This document shows, piece after piece, positions 19,108 to 27,455 of a DNA stretch of 64,000 nt (positions are counted from its first letter, which is position 1; every line of letters begins with the position of its first letter). Origin of the DNA: an uncultured bacterium (lineage in GTDB: Bacteria; Verrucomicrobiota; Kiritimatiellia; CAIVKH01). The notes under the pieces are model-generated. The model searched no databases. It saw nothing but the letters and a program-made list of their open reading frames with translations, and had not been told where the DNA came from. Both the position numbers and the translations under genes were made by a program. The DNA is taken from positions 21,735-85,734 of the forward strand of contig CALGMT010000001.1 in assembly GCA_937958885.1 (NCBI GenBank), given 5' to 3'.

Positions 19108-21119
19108 TCCGGGCCTCCGCCACCTTTGAACCCGGACGACTCCAGCGCGCCGCACAGCGCGAGCAATTCCAGCGCGCGCGGCTGCCGCGGGAAATATTCC
19201 ATCGCCGCCACGCAGGCTCGTTCCGTGGCTCGCAAGTCTCCACGCTGAAAGGCTGCCTCCGCACGCGCGACCTCCCGCGCGGCCAGCGCCTCGTCCGCGC
19301 CCGTCACGACGCGGAACACGGCATATTTCACATTCCGATACAGCGGCACGAACCACGTCCGCTGGTCGGGGTCGAACTCGAACCCGCGCGCAGCGGCATC
19401 CGGCCGCGGATCCAATGCATTTACGAAATACCGCATCTGCAGCTCCGGGTGTTCGCGAGAGAACTCGCCAAAGGCGTGCACGTAGTACCGCGCGCCATGC
19501 GCGTCGGCCCAATCGCGAAACTCTTTTTCCGTTCCGTGAAACAACGCTTCCCCATACTCGCGCACCCGGTTTCGAATCGCCGCCGACTCGAACTTCGGGT
19601 GCAGGATGATGGCGCATTTGCCATAGGCGGCGATCGACCCGCTGACGCCGAAATTCGCCAAAACCGGGTCCGGCGCGGCGTGCCGCTCCAACCAAATCGT
19701 CAACTCATTCAATTCCCTGTAATATACGTTCACTCGGCCCCAACGCTCCGGCGTCCCCAAGGTATGCGCGCCTTCCACCATCAGTCCCGCTCCAAGCAAT
19801 AGGCCGGCCAGTGCGCGGATCCAGCGTCGATTCGAAGAAATCGTCGTCCAAGCCGCTCCAATGGCAATACAAGCGAACAGGGAAAGATAAACGTGGAAGC
19901 GGGCAAAGAACCAGAACGCGGCCATCGAGACACACGCGGCGAACAAACATTCGCCTGTTCTGGCGTCGGTTGATTCCTTCGATTCGCGCCATAATAGAAA
20001 AAGCGCCGGAAAAGTCAATGCCAATAGGGCGGGAAACAGCATCACCGCCAGGCGGAGGTCCGTCGAATTCAAGGCGGGCACCCAGAGAATTCGCTGATTG
20101 AAGGTTAATAACGCCGGGTCGTCGGGCTTGACGTTGAAATGGCGGATCTTCGCCCACATCAGCTCCGCGAAATGACCATAGGCCTCCGGCGGCGCTACAC
20201 GCGCATGGATGAGCGCACTCGCGCCGATCGCCGCCGCGAGAACGACCACCGCCGCGATCGCGCGGCGCGGCGCAGCGATGGCCGCCCACCTCCGCACCGG
20301 CAGCAGGCGCAACAAGGCCAAGCCGTGCGCCAGTCCCATCAGACCCGACGTCAGCCAGCCTTGCGCGGCATGATAGGGATTCCAGATGCCCACCGCGCAG
20401 AGCGCGGCGTACTCGAACCACCCCGCAACTCTTCGCTCGCGGCCGCGATACAGGTTCCACGCGCTGTACAGCAGACGCAACGCGATGTAATATTTCACCA
20501 AATCCCACGCGCACAGCGCGAGCGCCAGCGCGCCTGCTGCCACGGCCTCCGCAAGAAGTCGCCGCATGCGGCCGGCCATTTCCGGGGCGGCAACGGACAG
20601 CGCCCAGTGGGCGATCACAAATGGCATAGCGAAGTTTTCATGAGAAAGTTCCTGCCCCGTGGAGCGCATCACGCTCGACAGTGAAACCGCATAAAACGCC
20701 CCGCTCCACCACGCCGCGCTCGCGCTGCGCCGCCAACGATAAACACCCCACGCCAGGATCGGTATCCCAAGCGAAAACCATGCCGCCTCCAGCCAGCGCA
20801 GCCGGTCGAAGAACGGAACGGACGGGGGAAAGACGCGCGCCAGTCGCGCATACACGGCTTCAGATCCCGTGGTGTATGTCTTGCGGGTCTCGATGCCCTC
20901 GGGAAACTGGATCATCGGGTCGTGCACGGGGAGACGTCCCGTGTCGTGCACGATTTTCACACGCCGGTAATAAAGCGCGCTTTCGAGCGTGAACGGCAAG
21001 TTCGGCGCGATCCGGCGATACTGCGCCTCCACAATCGAGCGCCGCGCGCCCAGTCCAAGCATGAACAGGAACAATCCGCTCAGGGCGATCAGGAGGATGC
21101 GAATGGCAGTTCGGTTCAT
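19104..21119 (-). CDS. Large polytopic membrane protein, GT-C-fold glycosyltransferase-like, with soluble C-terminal TPR-like tail
   Basis: The track start 21152 is TTG. ATG 21119 gives MNRTAIRILLIALSGLFLFMLG. At least 10 hydrophobic segments, a first-loop acidic/aromatic motif FTLESALYYRRVK, and a ~200-aa C-terminal soluble region ending in helical repeats (AAREVARAEAAFQRGDLRATERACVAAMEYFPRQPRALELLA). Function inferred from architecture only. Confidence 0.45.
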   Translation of the reverse strand: MNRTAIRILLIALSGLFLFMLGLGARRSIVEAQYRRIAPNLPFTLESALYYRRVKIVHDTGRLPVHDPMIQFPEGIETRKTYTTGSEAVYARLARVFPPSVPFFDRLRWLEAAWFSLGIPILAWGVYRWRRSASAAWWSGAFYAVSLSSVMRSTGQELSHENFAMPFVIAHWALSVAAPEMAGRMRRLLAEAVAAGALALALCAWDLVKYYIALRLLYSAWNLYRGRERRVAGWFEYAALCAVGIWNPYHAAQGWLTSGLMGLAHGLALLRLLPVRRWAAIAAPRRAIAAVVVLAAAIGASALIHARVAPPEAYGHFAELMWAKIRHFNVKPDDPALLTFNQRILWVPALNSTDLRLAVMLFPALLALTFPALFLLWRESKESTDARTGECLFAACVSMAAFWFFARFHVYLSLFACIAIGAAWTTISSNRRWIRALAGLLLGAGLMVEGAHTLGTPERWGRVNVYYRELNELTIWLERHAAPDPVLANFGVSGSIAAYGKCAIILHPKFESAAIRNRVREYGEALFHGTEKEFRDWADAHGARYYVHAFGEFSREHPELQMRYFVNALDPRPDAAARGFEFDPDQRTWFVPLYRNVKYAVFRVVTGADEALAAREVARAEAAFQRGDLRATERACVAAMEYFPRQPRALELLALCGALESSGFKGGGGPE

Positions 21120-21202
21120 GCGCGCAACGAGATCGAGCCAGAGCGGAATCAACTGCAGACGAAGCGGATATCGCGAAGTGCGTTCACGGTGAATGCGGCG
21201 GA

Positions 21203-22078
21203 CTACAGGAGTTCCAACTGTTCAGGCACGGGGGGCGGCACGAGCGACGGCATGCCGAGGCGCGCGAAGAATGCGCGCAGGCGGGCGGGATCGGACTCGC
21301 GAATCCGGAGCGCCTCCAAGGGCGGAACGTCCGGCACCGCGCGATCGAGCGTCACCAGCGCGAGATTTCGGCGGATATCCTCCCGCGCAGCCTCAAGCGC
21401 CGCACGCAGTTTTTCGCCCGGCACTTGGTCAAGATTCGCCAAGAGCGCATCGAGCGTGCCAAATTGAGCGAGCAGGCGCGCGGCCGTTTTACCGCCGACG
21501 CCGGGCACGCCGGGGATATTGTCCACCGCATCACCCGTCAGCGCCAGCCATGCAGGAATAGACGATGGCGCGACGCCTGTTTTGGCTAGCACATCCGCCG
21601 GCGTCAATTCGGGGGCATCCTTGATCGGCGCCACCATTACGACGCGCTCGCCGACCAGTTGAAGAAGATCCTTGTCGTTAGTCGCGAGCCAAACCCGCCC
21701 GCCGATCTCCTCCGCGCGCGCGGCGAGCGTAGCCATCACGTCGTCCGCCTCCTGGCCCTCGATCAGAATGCGCGGGATGCCCTCCCCTCCGAGATACTCA
21801 TCGATCAGCGGCAATTGCCGAGCCAGCGCGTCGGGCATCGGCGCGCGCTGGGCTTTGTATGACGGAAGCTGCGCCATGCGCGAAGCCGGCAGGCCTCCGT
21901 CGGACACCACGGCGTGATGCGTGGGCTGAAATCGCTCGCGCAAGTGGCGGACCGCCTTGACAAAACCGAGCAGCGCGTTGGTTGGCGTGCCATCAGGCGC
22001 GGTCAGCGGCGGGATCGCGTGAAAAGCCCGATACGCCAACGCCATCGCGTCGATCAATAAAAGCTTCGGCTCGCTCAC
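21203..22078 (-). CDS. Stand-alone 5'-3' exonuclease / flap endonuclease (Pol I N-terminal domain homolog)
   Basis: LLLIDAMALAYRAFHA, LATNDKDLLQLV, LTGDAVDNIPGVPGVGGKTAARLL (H3TH). 291 aa with no polymerase domain. GTG start. Confidence 0.85.
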   Translation of the reverse strand: MSEPKLLLIDAMALAYRAFHAIPPLTAPDGTPTNALLGFVKAVRHLRERFQPTHHAVVSDGGLPASRMAQLPSYKAQRAPMPDALARQLPLIDEYLGGEGIPRILIEGQEADDVMATLAARAEEIGGRVWLATNDKDLLQLVGERVVMVAPIKDAPELTPADVLAKTGVAPSSIPAWLALTGDAVDNIPGVPGVGGKTAARLLAQFGTLDALLANLDQVPGEKLRAALEAAREDIRRNLALVTLDRAVPDVPPLEALRIRESDPARLRAFFARLGMPSLVPPPVPEQLELL

Positions 22079-22143
22079 ACGTTATCCCGCGCAAAAGGAT
22101 TGCTTTGCATTATCCGCTAAAACAGAAATAGGGATCGAGATCG

Positions 22144-22183
22144 GCCTCGGTCTCAGCCTCGGTCTCGCATCAGCCTCGGTCTC
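22144..22183. repeat. Three copies of the 11-mer GCCTCGGTCTC in an intergenic region
   Basis: Copies at 22144-22154, 22156-22166 and 22173-22183, read directly. Lies between the secretin stop (22363) and the exonuclease start (22078). Confidence 0.6.
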
Positions 22184-22362
22184 GATTGGAGTAGTATCAC
22201 AATAGCCGGCTACGCCTGACTACGCGCGCCGGACACGATTCCGCGTTTTGCGCAGAGCAGCCTCCTCGCCCGCGCTCGCCTCACACAACGGGAACTCCAT
22301 CGCTCCGCCGAACGAACGCGGCCACATTTGGCCGATCGGCGGCCGATCCCGCCGGGGCCCGG

Positions 22363-25300
22363 CTACGGAGCCGCAGCGACGCCGGGCGCTTCAACATCCA
22401 GTTCGCCGCGGTTGATCGGCTTGCCGGCCGGATCGACGAGACGCGCGGTGACGAAGATCAGCAGGTTCTTCTTCTGGCTGTATTCGCCTTCGCTTCGGAA
22501 AAGTCGGCCCAAGAGCGGAATATCGCCGAGGAATGGGATCTTATCCTTCACGCGCACGAGGTCCTCGCGGATCAAACCGCCCATCACCACCGTCTGACCG
22601 TCCCAGATCACGATGCTGGTGGTCACATTACGGCTGGAAAACACGGGCTGCGGGATATTGAATACAAAGGTCTGGTCGCCCGAAAAGAGCCCGGTGATCG
22701 GATCGGTGCGCGGAATGCTGACGGTTGAGCCGTACTGAATCCAATCCACCAGCTCCGACACTTCGGGCACCATCACAAGGTCGATCGTGTAGCCGTCGGG
22801 GCCGACGGTCGGCGTCACATTAAGGATGACACCGGTTTCACGCTTCTCAAAGTTGCCGGGCGTGACGACCGGCGGAGTGGTGACATTGCCGCTCTCGTTG
22901 AATTGGGGCTGCGTTGTTTCGAACTCAGTCGGATAGATGATTTCGCGCACCACCTGAATCTGCGCGTTCACGCCGCTGCGCGTGGTCACACGCGGGGCGG
23001 AAAGCAGATCGGTGCCGCCGTGCTGGGAGAGCGCCTGGATCACGAGGGAAAGTTCGGGATTCGTGAGCACGCTCGCAAAGGTCGCGATGCCGCCGAGCGG
23101 ACTGATGCCCGCGCCGAACTGGCCGCGCGTCGCGGGCTCGATCGAACCGGTGTTGCTGTTCCGACTAAAGAAGCGCAACCCTTTCGTCACACCGTTTGGA
23201 TCGGAATTCATTTGAATCCGCTCGCTGGCCGCGGCCCCGAACGGACCCTTGCGCTGAGCGATTTCAAAATTATCGGTGAGCAGCCACTGGAATCCGAGTT
23301 CTTCGAGGTCGTTTTGCGAAATCTCCACAAACCGCGCCTCAATTTCGACCTGATTCGGGATCACATTCAGCCGCGCGAGAATGCGCTCGAACACCTCGAG
23401 ATTTTCCGGTGTGTTCGCCACAATCAACTGGCTGATGGTCGGATTATAGGTGATGGAAGTGCCTTGCGGGAAAGGCACGCCGGTCCGCTCGAAGAAGTCC
23501 TTCACGTCGCTCTTCTTGAAAGTCGTGCTCTTTGCGCCGAGTTCGACGAAGCCGCCCGCACCGACCTGTGACTCTTCCTTCTCCACAATAACGTCAAGGA
23601 TCGAGGGTTGGACCGGATACATGCGCGTGATAACACGGCCTGTCGGCATATTCTCCGGCGTGATCATCACCACGTTCTCTTCAAGACGATACCGGAGGCG
23701 GGCGACCTCGGTGATGTATTTGATCGCATCGAGCAGTGAAATCCGACGCAGGGTCAGCGTGATGGTGGGAACACCGGCGGACGCGGCGGGCGCGGCGAAG
23801 TCCTGCGCTGGAGCCGGCGCGGCAAAATCATCGAAGCCGCCGCCGAAATCGTCAAAGCCGCCGCCCGCGAACGGGTCTGCAGCCGGCTGGGCCGGCGCGG
23901 CAGCAGGCGCCGACGCGCCCATCACGTTTGGATTCAGGATGATGTTGACCCCGATGCCGTCCTTGTCCTGTTTCACGCTTTCGTCGCGCAGGTAATTGAT
24001 GACGTCGTTGATGTTGGCCTGGCGAAAATCAATGATGGGAATAATGATGCTTTCCATTTTGGCCTGGAGCTTTTGCGCCGAGGTCTGTGTTTCGACAGCA
24101 CCGCGATTGACGACAGCATCCGGAAGGACTGTCTCCGTGCGGACCGGCGGGTTCCACCCGTCGCGCACCTGCTGCATCATCTCCGCGACGGTGGACTCGC
24201 GCTCTTTGGTGCGAATGCGATAGCGAATTTCATCGATCCGGCGCAGGTACCGCATTGCGTCGGTGTTGTACTCGTCTTGTATAAGGACGCGCTCGAAGAG
24301 GGCTTCCGCGGCGTTATAGTCGCGAATATCGAAATATTGGCGGCCTTCCTTCATCAGCTCATCGATGGTCTTCTTGCGTTCGACAACTTCTGGGCGGCTC
24401 TTGATCGGCACGGGTTTGGCCCGAAGCTCAGCCTCGCGCGCTTCCGCGCGCTCGATCTTTCGCTCCAGCGCACTGAGCTGGCGCACGTCCACACCAGCGG
24501 CCTTCGCCGCGTTCAGCGCTTCGCGCGCCGTCTTGATATCCGTGCGATCATAGGCGCGCTCGGCCTTCCGGGTATGCGCTTGGCCGAGAGCGACGCCGAC
24601 TTCCGCAAGGAGGGCGCGATTCGCATCGCGCACCGGAATCTTTGCCTGCGCCTCCTGGAGGTCCTTGATCGCGTCCTCGTATCGGCCCTCGCGCAGCGCG
24701 GCAATTCCGCGCTCGGCGCTCATGCGCCCCTCGATTTCGCGCGATTGGCGGCGAATCTCTTCTTGCTGCGCAATCAGCGCCGGATCGATGCCGACGGCGT
24801 TTGGATCCTGGGCCGGCGCGCCGGGCGCCGCCGCAACAGCGTCGGGCAGCCTGTCGGATTCCACATCGGCCTCCACGACAGGAACCGGTTCCGGTTCATC
24901 CCCGCCAAATCCGAACAGATCCTCCATGGCTGCAGCGGGCGCGGGCTCGATCGCGGGCGCAGCGGACGGCGCAGCAAGGATGTCGTCGAACATGAAGTCA
25001 TCCGCCGGCGCGGGTTCCGCGACCGGAGCAGGCTCCGGCATGAGTTCGGCGGCAGGCGCCGTAAGTTGGGCCTCGATGGCGAACGCGTCCGCGGGACCAT
25101 CCACTGCCGGCCACTCTGCTGCGAGGGCATCCTCGATCTCCGCAGCGGGAGCCGCAGCGTCCGCCGGCATGTCCAACGCCCACGGGTCTTCGGCGGCCTC
25201 CATCGGCGCCGGCTCCTCGTCGGATGGCACGTCGAGTTTCGATTCAACCCCTGCGGCAATCGCCGTCGGCGACGGCATAATCAAGTCTTGTAGCAGCGCA

Positions 25301-25383
25301 TCGAAGTCCTGCGCTCGCGCGACGACAAGCGAGGCGATGACAAGTGCAGTCAATCCGATAACAGGGCCCCTGATGACGCTCAT
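22363..25383 (-). CDS. Secretin (type II/III secretion system / PilQ family) with long N-terminal extension
   Basis: Track ORF trimmed to ATG 25383 (MSVIRGPVIGLTALVIASLVVARA signal peptide). C-terminal secretin domain LLSAPRVTTRSGVNAQIQVVREIIYPTEFE...WDGQTVVMGGLIREDLVRVKDKIPFLGDIPLLGRLFRSEGEYSQKKNLLIFVTARLV. Confidence 0.85.
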   Translation of the reverse strand: MSVIRGPVIGLTALVIASLVVARAQDFDALLQDLIMPSPTAIAAGVESKLDVPSDEEPAPMEAAEDPWALDMPADAAAPAAEIEDALAAEWPAVDGPADAFAIEAQLTAPAAELMPEPAPVAEPAPADDFMFDDILAAPSAAPAIEPAPAAAMEDLFGFGGDEPEPVPVVEADVESDRLPDAVAAAPGAPAQDPNAVGIDPALIAQQEEIRRQSREIEGRMSAERGIAALREGRYEDAIKDLQEAQAKIPVRDANRALLAEVGVALGQAHTRKAERAYDRTDIKTAREALNAAKAAGVDVRQLSALERKIERAEAREAELRAKPVPIKSRPEVVERKKTIDELMKEGRQYFDIRDYNAAEALFERVLIQDEYNTDAMRYLRRIDEIRYRIRTKERESTVAEMMQQVRDGWNPPVRTETVLPDAVVNRGAVETQTSAQKLQAKMESIIIPIIDFRQANINDVINYLRDESVKQDKDGIGVNIILNPNVMGASAPAAAPAQPAADPFAGGGFDDFGGGFDDFAAPAPAQDFAAPAASAGVPTITLTLRRISLLDAIKYITEVARLRYRLEENVVMITPENMPTGRVITRMYPVQPSILDVIVEKEESQVGAGGFVELGAKSTTFKKSDVKDFFERTGVPFPQGTSITYNPTISQLIVANTPENLEVFERILARLNVIPNQVEIEARFVEISQNDLEELGFQWLLTDNFEIAQRKGPFGAAASERIQMNSDPNGVTKGLRFFSRNSNTGSIEPATRGQFGAGISPLGGIATFASVLTNPELSLVIQALSQHGGTDLLSAPRVTTRSGVNAQIQVVREIIYPTEFETTQPQFNESGNVTTPPVVTPGNFEKRETGVILNVTPTVGPDGYTIDLVMVPEVSELVDWIQYGSTVSIPRTDPITGLFSGDQTFVFNIPQPVFSSRNVTTSIVIWDGQTVVMGGLIREDLVRVKDKIPFLGDIPLLGRLFRSEGEYSQKKNLLIFVTARLVDPAGKPINRGELDVEAPGVAAAP

Positions 25384-25464
25384 GAAGACTCTCCTTAGAA
25401 AATTGCCAATAAAGCGATCACGCCACTTCACCCTCACCCGATCCCGCACGGCGCTTTCCCGCAA

Positions 25465-26508
25465 TCATAACCCCGGCGCCGCCCCCGAAGACGGAGCTTC
25501 AAGTGCGCCCGCTCCGCCCAACAACCGCGCGCGCTCTTCAGGTGAGATCAATCCAACCGTCGAAACTTTATCGTCTGCCGCATCGTGTATTACGATACGA
25601 TCCTCGCGAATGTCAACGACTTTGTACCGAACATCCTTGAGCGAGATGGTGTCGTTGAGACGCACGCGATACCGGCTGCCGTCGAGAAGCAATACGAGGA
25701 ACGCGGTGCGCGCTTCGTCCGTAATGGTGCGCCCGCGGACCAGGCGAAACTTCTGCGCGCCCCGCTGAAGGACCAACGTCGGTCCGCCCGGCGCGGCGGC
25801 GTCGTGGGAAACCACCTTGAAGCCCTCAACCTCATCGCCGAGCGAAACAAAATAGGTGCGATCCCCGGTGCGGGTGTTGAGCTGATACCGCTCGCCGGAG
25901 ATGCCGACATAAATAAAGCGGAACGGATCCGTCACCGTGCGGACGAGGCGCAGCTTGGCGGCCGGCGGCGGGAAACTGGCCGGATCGAGCGGATCCGTGC
26001 CGGCAAGATATTCCTCCAGATTGGTGTACCCATCGCCGTCTAAATCGCCGTGCGCGTCGGTCGGATCGAAGGGGTTGAGGCCCCACATGATTTCGACTTT
26101 GTCGGGAATGCCGTCGCCATCGCTGTCGGGCTCGTAATCGACGGACGGCTGCTCCTTGCCGGAAAAAGGATCGCGGGTGGCGGCGAAAGGGATCGGCGCG
26201 CCGTCGGGAATGCTGGCCACACGCAATTCGCCGACAAGAAAACGACGGCCCTCCGGTTGCGCCTGAAACGGCGCGGCAAGGCGCGCGAGCAATTGAGTCA
26301 CGGTTGTCACATCCAGCGGCTGAGCTGGACGCCCCGCCATGCCGATCTCACGCCCCATGCGCTGGTCGAAGCTCTTTCGCTGTGCGCCAATCCGCAGCAC
26401 CAGGAGCATTGCGGAGGCCAACAGCAGGACCAGCGAGATGACAAGCGCAAGCTTGTCGTAGTTCTGCTGCAGCCAGGAGCCGCCGGGTCGTTGCGCGCTA
26501 CCCTTCAC
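25465..26508 (-). CDS. Bitopic protein with thrombospondin-type-3-like Ca-binding repeats (occupies the PilP position)
   Basis: N-terminal TM LALVISLVLLLASAMLLVL. DSDGDGIPDKVEIMWGLNPFDPTDAHGDLDGDGYTNLEEYLAGTDPLDP (DxDxDG repeats). Beta-rich C-terminus. GTG start overlapping the upstream stop. Confidence 0.55.
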   Translation of the reverse strand: MKGSAQRPGGSWLQQNYDKLALVISLVLLLASAMLLVLRIGAQRKSFDQRMGREIGMAGRPAQPLDVTTVTQLLARLAAPFQAQPEGRRFLVGELRVASIPDGAPIPFAATRDPFSGKEQPSVDYEPDSDGDGIPDKVEIMWGLNPFDPTDAHGDLDGDGYTNLEEYLAGTDPLDPASFPPPAAKLRLVRTVTDPFRFIYVGISGERYQLNTRTGDRTYFVSLGDEVEGFKVVSHDAAAPGGPTLVLQRGAQKFRLVRGRTITDEARTAFLVLLLDGSRYRVRLNDTISLKDVRYKVVDIREDRIVIHDAADDKVSTVGLISPEERARLLGGAGALEAPSSGAAPGL

Positions 26509-27455
26509 GGGGCGTCCTCCTTCAAATCCTGCACGAATCGATAGACATCGACCGTTACCGTCGCCTGGATCAGCTCGCGGCCCGCCACCACGCGTTCCTC
26601 GTGCGTCGGATATCGAGCGGCCGCCTGAAGTCCAGCTTGTTCGCCGCCGCCGACCGGATTCACAGGCTGCGCTTTACCGATTTTATCCGCGATCGTATTG
26701 GCCAACTGGATGTCGACCACCGCGGCGATAATCGAGGACCGTGCGAGCAAATTGAGCGCCTCCCATACATTGGCATCGCGGGCTTGAAAGGTCACCGTGA
26801 TGCGCTCCGTCTCGTAGAGCGGGTTTTCGGCGGGCATCGGAATCTGCGTAGGCGTCGGCGCCTGCGCCTCGGCCCCGCGCCGGCGCGTCATCACCGGCTC
26901 ATCCGCAACGGCCTGCGCGGCGACCTCAAAGGTCTGCCGTTCGAGATCGACCAGCGAGTGGACACGGGCTTGGAAGAGCAGCCGGCAAATGGCCTCCATC
27001 GATTTGAGTTGGATAACCAATCTCGGGATCGCATCGCGCGCGGGCAACTCACCCGCGGCATAACGGGCCATGCCCAGCGAGGTCCGTTCGGGCAACAGCA
27101 CGCCGCTCTCCGACGCGCGCTGGGTCAGTCGCGCGATCGTCCGTTCAAGCATGGGCGCAAATTCGGCCGCCTCGATGGACTCCGGTTCGATACGACCTTT
27201 TTGCAGCATCGACTGCACCTGGCCGGCCAGCTCGCGCAGGGCCGATAGATTTTCTTCCAGTTGACGGATGTTTGTCGGCGAAGGAAACGGATCGCGCCGC
27301 GAAAGGGTCTCCAGCCGGCGCATCGAATTTTCCAGCTCCTGGTTCAGACGCGCATACTCTCCGCGGGCGCGCAGCAGGAAAATCAGCGCGACAATCAGCA
27401 ACACCAGGGCCACGCCCCCGCCGACCAGCAAGACCATGTGTTTGCGCCAGTTCAT
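26505..27455 (-). CDS. Bitopic coiled-coil protein in the PilO position (Amuc_1100-like by recollection)
   Basis: Trimmed to ATG 27455 (MNWRKHMVLLVGGGVALVLLIVALIFLL = single TM). A coiled-coil segment (EYARLNQELENSMRRLETL...IRQLEENLSALRELAGQVQ) is followed by an alpha/beta C-terminal domain. 316 aa. ATGA overlap with pilMN. Confidence 0.5.
   Translation of the reverse strand: MNWRKHMVLLVGGGVALVLLIVALIFLLRARGEYARLNQELENSMRRLETLSRRDPFPSPTNIRQLEENLSALRELAGQVQSMLQKGRIEPESIEAAEFAPMLERTIARLTQRASESGVLLPERTSLGMARYAAGELPARDAIPRLVIQLKSMEAICRLLFQARVHSLVDLERQTFEVAAQAVADEPVMTRRRGAEAQAPTPTQIPMPAENPLYETERITVTFQARDANVWEALNLLARSSIIAAVVDIQLANTIADKIGKAQPVNPVGGGEQAGLQAAARYPTHEERVVAGRELIQATVTVDVYRFVQDLKEDAP

Noticed and set aside
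18505-19695. Long (396-aa) version of the coaE ORF
   Set aside because: The N-terminal ~196 aa overlap the 3' end of the upstream 671-aa gene in another frame and look like low-complexity Arg/Gly/Ala sequence. The P-loop begins right after the GTG at 19107, giving a normal 200-aa CoaE.
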